This document shows, piece after piece, positions 25,285 through 39,449 of a DNA stretch of 64,000 nt; the first letter of the stretch is position 1, and each line of letters starts with the position of its first letter. The position numbers and the translations under genes are program-made. This DNA comes from Paraphysomonas bandaiensis (taxonomy: Eukaryota > Protista > Chrysophyceae). The stretch is taken from assembly GCA_965644295.1 (NCBI GenBank), contig CBFFRP010000360.1:108595-172594 (forward strand), given 5' to 3'. The notes below the pieces were generated by a model that searched no databases, was not told where the DNA came from, and worked only from the letters and a program-made list of their open reading frames with translations.

Positions 25285-25924
25285 CATACATACATACATA
25301 CATACATACATACATACATACATACATACATACATACATACATACATACATACATACATACATACATACATACATACATACATACATACATACATACATA
25401 CATACATACATACATACATACATACATACATACATACATACATACATACATACATACATACATACATACATACATACATACATACATACATACATACATA
25501 CATACATACATACATACATACATACATACATACATACATACATACATACATACATACATACATACATACATACATACATACATACATACATACATACATA
25601 CATACATACATACATACATACATACATACATACATACATACATACATACATACATACATACATACATACATACATACATACATACATACATACATACATA
25701 CATACATACATACATACATACATACATACATACATACATACATACATACATACATACATACATACATACATACATACATACATACATACATACATACATA
25801 CATACATACATACATACATACATACATACATACATACATACATACATACATACATACATACATACATACATACATACATACATACATACATACATACATA
25901 CATACATACATACATACATACATA
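25285..25924. repeat. (TACA)n array, about 160 units
   Basis: Perfect tandem repeat about 210 bp upstream of the subtilase start. Confidence 0.99.
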
Positions 25925-25939
25925 GCTACATATGTATAG

Positions 25940-26475
25940 CACTGTCCACTTGATAGCCAAGCCCAATACGCTGTCAGTCAAAGACTACCTACTGCTTCGT
26001 TAGCCACAACATACTTCCTTATGCTCATTCTCTGAGCCATCTCTGGTGATGTTATTATCACAACATTCAAGTGTCGATTAGCTTTCAGAAACAACAGCAT
26101 TGAGATAAAATTTTAGATGCGCTGAACCAGCGTTCACGTGTATTGGAAGTACATTTCTCAAGTCGTCGAGCGACGGTGATATCGGAATTCTGTTGAGCAG
26201 TAGGAATCCACATCCGGTGGCTTTGATTCTTGATGCAGGGTCTTTTATACGCAACCACTTGAGAAGAACCTGAAAGATAGAGGATCATCGGATGACATTA
26301 ATCCTTCCTGGTAGCAGAGTAGTTTGGCCACGTAGCAAGGAAGCATTCTTAATCTGCTTTAACTTCGCTATTATCAGGTCTACTTGTCGAATGAGAGGTC
26401 TTTTGGCTTCGTTAGGTTTCGTCATATCTCTTTGCTACCGATGCGTTCATTGACAGCAACATTTAGTCTGACATA
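25940..26475 (+). ncRNA. Candidate structured ncRNA or H/ACA-like snoRNA cluster
   Basis: GC-richer island without a good ORF. Several plus-strand hairpins with G-U pairs, some followed by ACA+3 nt (26151, 26295, 26459). Confidence 0.35.
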
Positions 26476-27002
26476 AAAGACGATGTAGCATTTAGACGAA
26501 TGATATATGTGAAATATATATTGTATATTGTATTAAGTGAAGTAGTGGTGTACATATATAGAGTACTCCAGAGCGAGCGATATGTAAAAACCAGATAATA
26601 ACATCAAAAAGTAAGCGTTTTCCTTTTTCATCCGGATATATATTTGTTTGTACATGGACTTATATTTATATATTTATCACCCTACAGTTCAGAAACTTTT
26701 CGTATGTAACTATCTAATATTGATTGCAGTATATTATATATTGTGAGTTACTTGAACAGAGAAAATATCAATGGAATATTTGGTCAGTCCACCAACCAAT
26801 ATACTTTACAATATATTGTTCCCTAGCCCTACCACTATGTAATACGTAATACATCTTTTTTCTAATGGAAGAAGTTACACAAAAAAGAATATCTCATCTT
26901 CCAACAAATCATCATCATTAACTCGGTATATTAGCAATTGTTATATACAATTAATATCTAGCCTGACGGCAAAAATATTACGACTGACTACATATATGAC
27001 TG

Positions 27003-30000
27003 CTATCCGCGTATTGTGTCGGCTAACTGCAATTTTCTCATCTCCTCTTCCTCGCGCTCATAATCCATCGCATACTCATCGCTATTCTGCTCGTCATACT
27101 CTCCTCCATCCTCGTCATCGTACTGATCCTCGTCATACTCATCATTGTCATTACCAGCACCACCACAATAATCTTCCCCCATATCCTTGCACCACTCCTG
27201 CGTAGCATATATCTTCTCCTCCAGTTGCGCACGCAGTCGCTCACACTCAAGATTCAGCAACCGCTCGTAATCATCTTCTTCATCAGGAGCTTCATCACCA
27301 CCCTCAGGACCTTCGTCATCACCGCCTTCGTAGTCCTGATCGGATTCGTAGAAATCGTTTTCATACTCTGCCTCATCATAGTTATCCTCTTTCCCATTCC
27401 CATCGCAATCTTCTAGGTAGCCTTCTTCCTGTGCCCTATTACTCTCGTTTACAGAACCTTCTAGTTCTTTCCCCTCGAACATCATACTACGATTCGCGGT
27501 ACCACTTAGATCAGTGTACCTGTCCGTATATTGGTCTGCATATCTGTCAGACACCTTGTATGAATCCACAGCAGTGTACTTTAATGACAGCTCCTCTAAC
27601 TTATCATCTGCAGAATCATTTAACTGAGGTAGCTCTTCATGCGCATGAGATGAACCCTTATTATTAGTGGTATCATCTTCCGCAGCGCCCACTGAACATT
27701 CTTCGTCGCTGTCGTCGTCAAATAAACTCAGTTCATCGGCTTCAGTAGCTAAGCTAGAACGCTGCTTTTTCATCGAAAAGTATGCCGCTACCACATCTTC
27801 CGAGGCACCACCAGGGTCATCACCTGTACAATCAGCCCCCTTTTTACCATCTCCATCCACCTTTTTCTTAATTTTTGCATTCTGTCGCCATGGTTTGCTA
27901 TCCTTATCCATCGCCACTTGACGCTTTGAGGGTGCCACTTCTTCCTGTGGGGCTTGTTTTTTCACTTTCTTCTTTCTTTTCTTCATTTTCGCAGTCACAG
28001 TGACAGCTGCCCGACTGATCCTCTTCGGGCTCGCACCATTAACGACCTTTGTAGGACTACTGGTTTGTGTTGTGTTGATAGGCTCTTTGCGGGGTGTTCC
28101 AGGATCCGATTCGTCAACTTTCAATTTCCGCCGTGCTTTTTCTACCATTGACAATATGGACGACACTTTCCCCACCCTGTCATCACAGAATCGTATCATT
28201 ACAAATATACAGCACATCAACATCAAACGCTTACTTTTTACTTTCTTTCGACTTGTTCGCTGCGACATTGCCAAACGAAGGAAAGGATGGACGGTTCGCA
28301 GCACTTGGTAACGATGCGAGCGACGTCATGGGTTGCAGAAAAGGACTATTTTGCAAAACAGCGGGGACTGGCTTTGTATTCATGACCCCACGACTCGGGT
28401 CTAATGACGGAAGTGTTGGTACGGTGCTCGCTTCTTTCGGTGGTATATCTTCCTCATCATGGACCATGGGAGGCCCATCCGCATTGGTAGCGCTACTGCT
28501 TGACCGTGCTGCACATTTTGATCGCCCACCACTCGAATGACGAGATGAAGTCCTCGATTCCGCGGACAAGACTCGACTGGCGCTGCGACGTATGTCAGGT
28601 AGTTTGTCGAGAGTGACACCGGGTTCATCGTGTGTACCAGGAGCAGGAGGACTAAAGTGGGTATTTGGTGGGATTGAAAGAGACCCTTTACTACTAGTTT
28701 CTGAATCCTTTGTAGACTCGTGTGTTTTCGGGTCATTGTGCCACCCCCAAGTGTCGGCAGCACCTGCTTCCCCGTCACCATGAGGATTGGAGTCATTGAG
28801 TGGGTCCAGTACGTCATCTAAATTCCAGTCAAATCCTGTAGATTGCTTTTCCACCGGCGATTGGCCTAGAAGTCCTGGCGCACTTCCAGTATAATTCTTC
28901 GCATTTCGCGTCAATGACCCTGCTGCATGTGCAGAGTTCGTTTCTTGAGCTCTGTTCTTTGTTTGTTTCTTCGCCTGCTTAATAAGTTCTTTTCGCCTCT
29001 TTATTTGTTGTTTAACCAAACGCGATGCTTTTAATGTAATCTGAGAGAATAGTATTATATGAAGAACTACGCATGTGCACAGATATGAAACAGGATGTAG
29101 TGGCAATTCAATTACCATTTCCATTTCCTTTTTCTTTATTTCTTCTGCCAACGCAGCTCGCTCTTTCTCTTCCTTCTCGGCGGCAATTCGAGCTGCAACA
29201 CGTTTCTTTAGAGCTGCCTCACGCAGAGCCTGTATTTCAGCATATAAGAATTCGACAGATAGAAATCATGATCCTAAAATTCAAACCTGTTGACGTGCTC
29301 TCTCTTTTTCTTTTCTCTCTTTTTCCAGAGCAATAGCCGCCTCCTCTTCCGCTGATAATACTGGCTGCTTCGGTTTTGATTTACAAGACTTCAATTTTTC
29401 CAGGCGCTATACAGAAAGCATAAGTAAAATAGACATATATACTCAGGCGACAACACCATTCTGTGTTCATTCTTCTTCATTTCCTCTACAAGCGCAGCAC
29501 GCACACGATCTTCTTTTTCTGCAGCTACTCGGGATGCAGCACACTTCTGTGATTCTGCTTTTCGCTGTGTCTACAATCATAATTATTAACATTAATTTTA
29601 CACACGGTAGTGCACATTGCACAAATACACTTCACAGAATATATGTATTAACATGAAAAGTAGAGACTAAACCAACCTGAACTTGATATTTTTCTTTCTC
29701 TGCTTCTGTCGAGTTGTTATTCTCTAAGTCACGTTCATCAGAAACGTTATCTACAGAGCCCCCCCTCGCCGTCCGGGGTGTCTTGCCCTTGCTGGTATTT
29801 TTTCCACTCCTTGCACTTGCTAATGAATGCTTTCTTTTCAGCACATCTGCATTGAGTCCACTCAAATCTAATTTAAATGCAGCATTCTTTTTGCGCTGTT
29901 TCTCCAAATTCTGTTCGAATCGAATATCTTCAGCAAACATTAGCTTGAGCTCCATTTTGGCGTTCTCTCTTTCTGCATGCTCTAGTTCTTGCCTCTTCCT

Positions 30001-31733
30001 TTCGGCATGTTTCCGTTTCTCTCTCAATTGGTTTACCACTTTCGCACGCTGCATCTGCTGTGTGACAATGCGTTCCATGAATTCCTTTTTCAGGCCGTCT
30101 TTACGCATTTTTTCTCGTTCGATTGCTTCTCTACGGAGTTTTTCAATCGCCTCTTTGTGTCTCTTGTGCTATGTTTTAGAGTTATAAACAAGTGTGCAAA
30201 ACAAAATTTCACCACTAGATACCTCTTCGATGAGTTTCAGTCGGTTAGCTGCTTCAAGCTTGCGCTTCTCTTCTTGTTGTCTGTGCAGCATCGCCAGTCG
30301 AATAGCTTTCTCTTCATCAGGATCCATTTCATTTCCAATGTTAGTTTTGGATAATTTATCATCATCGCGAGTATCGGCACGGCAAACGGTCGCGTGATTG
30401 TGCAGAGATGGTGATGACTGAGTCACAAACATTCCTTTCCCTTGAGGAGACTGAAATGAGCTGCTGGGTGAATCGTTCCTGCAGGGTGACGAATCCGTCG
30501 AGCTCTGAGGGGCATAATTCATCTTATTCGCTGGATTGTACCACCCATCAGTAAATATTCGCTTGTGGCGATACGAGGGATCGTTAAATTTCAGGTGTCC
30601 ACCTAAGTACCCTCTTGCCAGTCTGTACGACCCTGCCCTGGCCTTTGGACCTCCTCTGCCAGCACGCTTGAGTCTCAAACTTGACATACTCTGACTGTGA
30701 CCCTTGTTGGAGGCTCTGCCGGTCAATTTCTTTTTTTTTGCCGCAGCGATACACAGCGATGCGGTTCGTGTGCCGATATCCAACACTCGAGTCAACATTC
30801 GCGAACTAGCATCTCTCACTATAGCTACATTACTACATGCGAGCTTCTCAATAAGCATCCAGGTCTGTATGGTAGTAAGCTTGATTGCACGTTCACGTGA
30901 TAATTGATAGTATCTTTTATGTGTTGCCTGGGTCAGTTCATCATGCATTGTATAATGTGATACACATATATAGTACTCACCTTTATCGCAAACTTACGGA
31001 TCACGCTGGCCCCCCATGAAGCCGCCATTAAGGCATTCTTATACGCCAAATGCCTGAATTCAATGCCAGTAAATAACTGATTGAAATGTATGTCAATGGT
31101 TTACTTTAAATAGTCTTGTATTATCATAGCCGCTCGTACATTACGGATATGAAGAAAACGACTTACAACACGCTGTACTATGACAGCAGCTTTATACTGT
31201 AAACGATTGATTCTACGGGCTTCTTCACGAGCACGACGGAGTTCCTTTTGTCGTTTAATCTGTAGATATTCCCATACAAATGACTCTATATGATAGAACG
31301 AACTCATAGTTTAATCTCACCTCCGCTAACTTCGCTTCTAATGCAAGAAGTTGTTTAGTATCTTCTTCAATTTCTTTTTGACGTACTTCAATTCGATCTG
31401 GAACATACTTCTTTACAGGATTCACTTGAAGAGATTGGGTAGAATCTTCTGAGCCTTTCTTTTTGGACTTCGTTTTCAGTGAAGTGTGTTTTTTCATTCC
31501 ACCAGACACGCCAGATGTATGAAATCTACCGACATTCCTTTCAGCAAATCTAACACAACAAATCAATTAATCGATAAAAAAAAAACACACTTGAATGATA
31601 TTGAGTGACACAAAAAAATAATCACTCAATTGATATTGAATGATACAACAGTGATTCACCTGAATGACTTCGTATTATTAATCGATGTAAGTGACCTAAC
31701 GGCACTATCTGTGTCGGATCTTAAGCCTAACAT
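27003..31733 (-). CDS. Large multi-exon coiled-coil protein with IQ-like motif and acidic C-terminus
   Basis: Consecutive minus-strand ORFs linked by short introns; AAVIVQRVVSRFL and AAMIIQDYLK; K/E/R-rich coils; D/E/Y-rich tail. The start codon is uncertain. Confidence 0.75.
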
Positions 31734-32508
31734 ATCGACAAATATAATAGATTTCTAACTCCTCTAATTACTCCTCTATTTCAACGCATTCACTCCAAGA
31801 GATGGGATGGAACACACCTTTCCAATCAATTGAATGAATGAGACTGTAAAAACAAGAGATTATTAGTGGGGTATAGTGCTATGGAGTAGATAAGTTTTAA
31901 ATTTCTTTCCTTAAACTCCTACTGCTAATTCCATACAAAATCTCCTACATAGACAGTATGTACAGCAGTATATACATGTATACCAATAGAAAACAGCAAC
32001 AGTTACCCTCAGTATCATCTGTACAGTAATACTGTTGGATACAGAAAAATACGCTTTTCTAGTAAAAATATTGGGAAATATATGAGGGAATGAATATATT
32101 GGAATATTTTCATTACAATAGTGGAATTTTCGAGAAATTTTAGTCAAAGCATATGTTTTGTGTCATATATCCAGATATACACCGCAATACATTTTCGCCA
32201 ACAATAGTGGTGCTGGTGAGTAAATACTTCAGTGACGATTGTTCTTTTCTATTTTTGGAGGGAATATTTGGCGGTGTGTGTGTGTATATATGCGGCTACA
32301 TGTAGTGAGTATAATACATATGTATATGTATGTATGTCCACGACAGTTAACTATGTATATACTCCTATCAACAGCACCTCCCATTAATAGACATCCATCA
32401 TATAGTTTGGGAAACAAGATTAAATTCCTTGTGGTTCTTAGTCTAAGAATCAGCGGGGCTACCAATATACGTCCAGTCACTAGTATTTAGAGTATTTTTG
32501 ATATAGAA

Positions 32509-35500
32509 ATGCCGCAAAAATCTCTTATAGTGTTAAGTGTATTAGTTCTCTGTTTACATCACTCATTCGCCTCTCTGTCGATACATCAGTTATCCCCTCA
32601 TATATCTGAAGCAGGTGAGTGTTATGGAAGTGCTCAGAGATATGTATAACTGTGTATTATCGATTACAGCGTCGTGTACTTCGAACAATGAGTGCGGATT
32701 TGGTGAGTGTCAAGATGGGGAATGTGTTTGTTATGATATGGAACACTACTGGCCATCTGAAGGGTGTAGTACTTATCACGATGCTCCTGAGCTAGAAGAA
32801 GGGCAGTGGTGTACACCCAACGTTAATAATGCGTGGTGTAGTTATCTGGGTACGTGCAATGCCGAGGGTACTGCATGTGAGTGCGACGACGCACCACACC
32901 GACTCTCTCAGGATCGCTGTGCTGTGTTTTACTCTCCACCTCCTCTTGAGGATGATCAATGGTGTAATCCCGACCTTACCAATGCTTGGTGCAGCTACCT
33001 AGGCACATGCAACTCCGATGGCTCGGAGTGTATATGTGTTGAGCAGCCGCACCGCATTTCCGCGGACAGATGCGCGGAATGGCACGACGTTATCCCACCA
33101 ACCTCAGTTCCCACACCTGCTTCTGAAGTCCGCTCTTGTTTACGTGTAGTTGCATACGATCAATTTGGTGACGGGTGGGAAGATATTGCCAAGCTGTATT
33201 ACTGGGGACAATCATACCCTACTGGTCAAGAATTTGATGAACTTTCTGGAACGCTTTCGTTGAATGGTTGCGAGTCTATTGCAACTGTAGAATGCCTTCC
33301 TGTTGCAGAAGGCGTTAACCACGATTATTATTTCTCGTTGCGTGGGTTCGATGATATGACTGAAATTGAATCATTGCCTCAATACTACTGGGATATTCTC
33401 TACAGTGTGCAAGTTGTGGATACCAATGGCACGGTCGTATCTGAAACTCTTGGGGGATTCAATTCAACTATTGTATATCGCTATGATGTTGCATCGGAGG
33501 ACTACTCCCTTGTGTTTGCTCAAAACACGAATGGTGAACCTGTGCTCAACTCTTGTGGCGTGAATGACATATTTCCGGAAGATGTACTTTTACCTGAAAG
33601 TGCGACGTGTGCAGACATCACAGTACAGACTACAGGCACTATCAGTGCTTCAGCTATGAACACTTTGTCGGGAAGATATCGTGCACCGGCTTGGTACATC
33701 ACGGACTCTGTGAGCAAAAACGTCCTGTATGCATATGGCAGCTCTTGGGGTCCTCTACCAGTGACAGTATGTGAGACTTGCCTCGATGATGGCCAGTACA
33801 TCTTCCGCTCCACTGGTGCGTATAACCCAGCAAGTGATGATGTATCGTGGTCATTCTGTGGTGTATCGAGTACCCGTCAGTCGGAGCTACGGTTTGAAAT
33901 TATAAATGGTGAGTGTGTGGTTGACTCTTTGTTAGAACTGAGTGGTGTGTGCGGTTATCTCTATGCCGGCCAATGTGCTGCGAACACTGAATGCAACCTG
34001 GGAACATGTACAGACGGCGAATGTGTCTGTAATGATCCAGTACACTATTGGGCCTCTGAGAACTGCGCTGTGTACCATGAAAGGGTTACATCCTCTCCCA
34101 CACATGCGCCGAGTGTTGCTCCATCGGGATCACCGTCCTCCGGACCCACAGTTTCTCCTACTAGCTCACCAACGGTTCACTTACAGTCCAGTTCACCGAC
34201 ATTTGTTGCAGGTGATCACACATCATCACCTTCTTCCACTCCAACTCACGCACCGACCATGTCACCAACGACGTCTCCGACTCTGGAGCCTGGGACTACA
34301 CATAAACCTACCTCTGTGCCGTCGCTCAGTCCTACTGTGCAGTCGACGAATGAGCCAACCATGTCACCAACGACGTCTCCAACTCTGGAGCCTGGGACTA
34401 CACATAAACCTACCTCTGTGCCGTCGACGAATGAGCCAACCACATCCCCAACCATGTCACCAACGACGTCTCCAACTCTGGTGCCTGGGACTACACATGA
34501 ACCTACCTCTGTGCCGTCGCTCAGTCCTACTGTGCAATCGACGAATGAGCCAACCATATCCCCAACCATGTCACCAACGACGTTTCCAACTCTGGAGCCT
34601 GGGACTACACATAAACCTACCTCTGTGCCGTCGCTCAGTCCTACTGTGCAATCGACGAATGAGCCAACCACATCCCCAACCATGTCACCAACGACGTCTC
34701 CGACTCTGGAGCCTGGGACTACACATAAACCTACCTCTGTGCCGTCGCTCAGTCCTACTGTGCAGTCGACGAATGAGCCCACCACATCCCCAACCATGTC
34801 ACCAACGACGTCTCCAACTCTGGTGCCTGGGACTACACATGAACCTACCTCTGTGCAATCGACGAATGAGCCAACCACATCCCCAACCATGTCACCAACG
34901 ACGTCTCCGACTCTGGAACCTGGGACTACACATAAACCTACCTCTGTGCCGTCGCTCAGTCCTACTGTGCAGTCGACGAATGAGCCCACCACATCCCCAA
35001 CCATGTCACCAACGACGTCTCCGACTCTGGAGCCTGGGACTACACATATACCTACCTCTGTGCCGTCGCTCAGTCCTACTGTGCAGTCGACGAATGAGCC
35101 AACCACATCCCCAACCATGTCACCAACGACGTCTCCGACTCTGGAGCCTGGGACTACACATATACCTACCTCTGTGCCGTCGCCCAGTCCTACTGTGCAA
35201 TCGACGAATGAGCCAACCACATCCCCAACCATGTCACCAACGACGTCTCCAACTCTGGTGCCTGGGACTACACATAAACCTACCTCTGTGCCGTCGCTCA
35301 GTCCTACTGTGCAGTCGACGAATGAGCCAACCACATCCCCAACCATGTCACCAATGACGTCTCCAACTCTGATGCCTGGGACTACACATGAACCTACCTC
35401 TGTACTGTCGCTCAGTCCTACTGTGCAATCGACGAATGAGCCCACCATGTCACCAACGACGTCTCCGACTCTGAAGCCTGGGACCATACATAAACCTACC

Positions 35501-38500
35501 TCTGGACCAACGCATGAGCTGTTTCCAACGATTTCTCCAAGTTCATGTCCTACAGTAGCACCAACCATATCACCTACGGTAGTTTTGTCGTCTTCTCCTT
35601 CACTGGAGCCGGAAATAACTCATATGCCCTCCTCGGCTGCTACCACCACATCTAGCATTCCCACTATCATACCTACATGTAGTCCAACGGTTTTACTCAC
35701 CTATACGCCCTCTCTACTGCCAATTTCTTCTGATACAGCATCCCCAAGTAGTTTTCCATCTGTCTCACCAACTACATTTCCTTCTTCACCGCCAACGGTA
35801 TTTCCCACGTCCTTACCTACGTCGAGGCCCACACTCATACCCGGCACAACACATGCGCCTACCTCTCTTTTCCTAGCGGACGAGAGAGCCTCTCTGTGTG
35901 GGTTCTTGGGCACCACTAACCTAGGTAGCCTTGTTTCTTCTGGGGCGCTCTCTGGTTGGTCATGTGTAGATGAACAGGCGAATCCTTGTATTGGCTGGAC
36001 TGGCATTAGTTGCAACGGGGGACGCATCAGTGGCGTAGATCTATCTGGTATAGGTATTACAGGTACGATTCCCGATTCCATTGGTGGGCTATCTGAGCTG
36101 AGCTATATGGACGTATCGAGGAATTTTTTGGTTGGACCTTTGCCTGAATCTCTGGGTAATTTAACGAAACTGACTAATCTCTTCCTACAAGAGAACAACT
36201 TTGGATCTGTGGAACGCCGTCTGAGTAATGAGAATCCGGAAAGTCGGCGCCGTCTAGAAGATATAGAAAATGACGCCGAAGTAATTGAAAATTTGGTTTC
36301 ACTGTCGTATTTAAATATTGGTGGCAATGGATATACTGGACCTATACCGTCGAGTTTGTGTAGTATCCCTCTTCAGACATTAGTCGTGACTGCAATTAGT
36401 GAGTCGTCGTATTTACCGAATCAGTTTAGTTGTATTGCTTCCTGTCTTGCAGAAAACTCTCAGTTGGTCTTAACTATCCCTGCCGATGTTCCAATATGTG
36501 TAGTAGAGCCCCCTACGAATGCACCTACCATTGCCGCTGGTGCGTTGGCCGGCAACAATGTTTCTCAAAACACGGGTAACACAAGCATAGCCATTACCGT
36601 TGGAACTTGTCTTCTTTTTCTTATGTTTCTCGGTTGCATATTCTGTCGCAATCGAATGCAGCACAAGAAGCACGAGCGCGAGCTTGAATTGGCTGTATCG
36701 CGGGATGTCATTAAGCATGAGAAAGGTTCTGGGGAATTGCATTTGCATCGTTTGGGTAGTATGTCGAGTAGTGACAGCGATGAAGAATCGAATGGGACTA
36801 ACGAATACACCGTCAAATCAGGGACCTCTCGCAGCAAACGCAGACAGGGATACGGCAAGGTTCCATCTATGCCTATTGAGTGGTCGGATAAAGATAACTT
36901 TAAGGGAGAAAAGCCCCATAACGACGATGATTCATTCCCAATTGTGATTGATTTCAGTGACTCCGGCACGAATGATAGGGATGACATTACGGAGGCGATA
37001 TTTGGTCAGAAAAGTGTACAATCACCATCTGGCAACCATAAACGCGGTATTGTCATGCGCACCGATACAAAAGATATTTTTAAGCTTCATGATTCCACTG
37101 ATGATGGTGATGACGATGGAAATACTTCTTGTACTAGGTCTCAACGTGACACGGTTGACATGGCTGCCGGGTCGGGTGACACGTACAGCGGTATGTCAGA
37201 AATTGATATGCAGTCAAGGTCCTCGTACTTTTCAGGTTCTGAATCGCGGAATAGCTATACAGCTACGTCCTACACAGATACTCAGAATTCATATACCACC
37301 GGGTCTTACACAACGGGTACTTATACCACTGGCTCTTACATTGGTAATTCGCTTGGCAGGAGCAGCTATACTTCATATACAGGCTCCGCTAGTACCCCTT
37401 TTGAAAAGCTGGTAACTACCGGTAATACAGGACATATCAGCTCAAAGGAGCCGACACAGACGTCCAATACGTTAGGTGATGGGTTATCTCGCAGTGACGT
37501 AGCAACCAAAGCTCCATCTCACACGAACACCCAGTTATCTCGAGACGCTGAGACAGCAACGTCTTTCACCGGTGACACGTATTCGGCTTCTACTTATGCG
37601 AGTGTTGGTCCATCTCAAGCGGATGATACATGGTTTACTAGCGATACTTTTGCGAGGCAGAGTTACGACTCCAGAGATCCCAGTTATGACTCACGAGATG
37701 GTTATAGTGCATCCTCTTATACCTACACTGATCCCCGCGGTTCGAGGGACAATTATACAGCTTCCTCTTATACAGATACCCGTGATCCAAGGGATAGTGT
37801 GATGTCACAGAGCTCATTGGGAAGCTATACAAGGACGTCATATACAGATACCCGTGATCCAAGGGATAGTGTGATGTCACAGAGCTCATTGGGAAGCTAT
37901 ACAAGGACGTCATACACCGATACCCGTGATCCAAGGGATAGTATGATATCACAGAGCTCAATGGGAAGCTATACAAGGACGTCATATACAGATACCCGTG
38001 ATCCAAGGGATAGTATGATGTCACAGAGCTCAATGGGAAGCTATACAAGGACGTCATACACTGATACCCGTGATCCAAGGGATAGTATGATGTCACAGAG
38101 CTCAATGGGAAGCTATACAAGGACGTCATACACTGATACCCGTGACCCTCGCGGAAGCTATACTTCGCAAAGCTCGGCTGATAGCTACACAAGAGATAGC
38201 TATACAGCCACCTCGTACTCTCAGTCGATTCCGAGTACCTACCCTCACATTGATACTGGGGTGGGGTTCACTTCAAATCCAATGAATCGTCATACGGTAA
38301 TTGGCCAGATGTCTCCTTTCCCTATGGAGCGCACAGAGAATAATGATGCACCTCTGTCGTCTTCACCTGACCAAAGTGCAACACGAAATCCTATGATGCG
38401 TCATACCTATGCTGGGACTACAGCTGCTGCCTCCCATATACCATTCTCCGATCACTCCAGCGGGGCACAGAACCCTGGTCTCCCACCAAGCGGGGCGGTG

Positions 38501-38725
38501 CGCCCAGATGGTGTGACAGCCCCAAGCAACCCCTCTGCAGACGATCAGTTCGACGAGCAGCCAAGAATAGTTGCGCTGCCAGGTCTTCCACCTCGCGTTC
38601 CGCTAACTCGTCAGCAGTCCTCTGATACACGCGATAGTTTCTCGCTTGGCGATATATCTGAGCTCACTGATGATTTCAGGTCGCAATCACCGAGAGGGAA
38701 AAGTGGAAAGCTATTCTACTTGTAA
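32509..38725 (+). CDS. Type I membrane protein: signal peptide, EGF-like Cys repeats, PT-rich mucin repeats, LRRs, TM, S/T/Y-rich cytoplasmic repeats
   Basis: Exon 1 MPQKSLIVLSVLVLCL (32509-32614), intron 32615-32669. Plant-type LRR cap PCIGWTGISC and GTIPDSIGGL; TM IAITVGTCLLFLMFLGCIFC. Confidence 0.9.
34253..35500 (+). repeat. 114-bp (38-aa) coding minisatellite with internal deletions
   Basis: PTMSPTTSPTLEPGTTHKPTSVPSLSPTVQSTNEPTTS units; period seen between ATGs at 34568 and 34682. Confidence 0.95.
37765..38165 (+). repeat. 72-bp (24-aa) coding tandem repeat, about 5.5 copies
   Basis: TDTRDPRDS(V/M)MSQSS(L/M)GSYTRTSY. Confidence 0.95.
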
Positions 38726-39028
38726 CTTGTGGTTTATATAATTCGTTCGTGTCTGGAAGATATGCATTGATATACAAATCCCGCAATGCGATCTGATTAT
38801 TGACGACTATATCACAGCATGTACTGGAATAGCATGTTATAGTTAGTAGTTCAGTAAATGGTAGCCGTGCATATACACCCCGAAGAAGGGGAAACCTATG
38901 AAACAGTGATCTTGTTCATATAATAAACTTAATATTTGTGTGAAGCGTGTTATTAAACGGCACTAATGCACGGAAGTGTTTGCTAGTATAGTTAGAAACG
39001 CTCTTCCACGCACAACTCCACTGAAGTT

Positions 39029-39197
39029 CAGGGCCAGTCAACAATATACTGCCAGCAAAAAATATTAATAATAATATTTTCAAGACCTATAATAATTATT
39101 GAATATGTTGCAATATAATTCGAGACCAAATTTTGCTAATATATTGCCCAATATGCAATATTTATATTGCGATCCAATATATTTTTGACTGGCCCTG
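39029..39197. mobile_element. 169-bp hAT-type MITE
   Basis: TIRs CAGGGCCAGTCAA / TTGACTGGCCCTG; perfect 8-bp TSD CTGAAGTT at 39021-39028 and 39198-39205. Confidence 0.93.
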
Positions 39198-39449
39198 CTG
39201 AAGTTAGGTACACATTAATTGCTACCAACGTTAACAATAATCTTCGTGTTGTAGATAGCAGAGCTAGAGAACAGTATATTGCAACACTATTGTTAGAAAA
39301 CGTCTAATCAATGATACTCCAATACTAGATAATTGTTACAACCAAAATCTTAGGTTATTTAGAATTTAGACCTCTAAATTGATGAAATAAAATTGCAAAT
39401 TCAAGAACTACGTCGTTTTACTATATACTCCAACATACTTCGACATAGT

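Noticed and set aside
25981-26300. U3 snoRNA, RNase P/MRP or telomerase RNA identity for the hairpin island
   Set aside because: AAGACTA and AGGATCAT are far apart with no box A; CR-I/CR-V motifs are not in order; no CCCTAA template is present.
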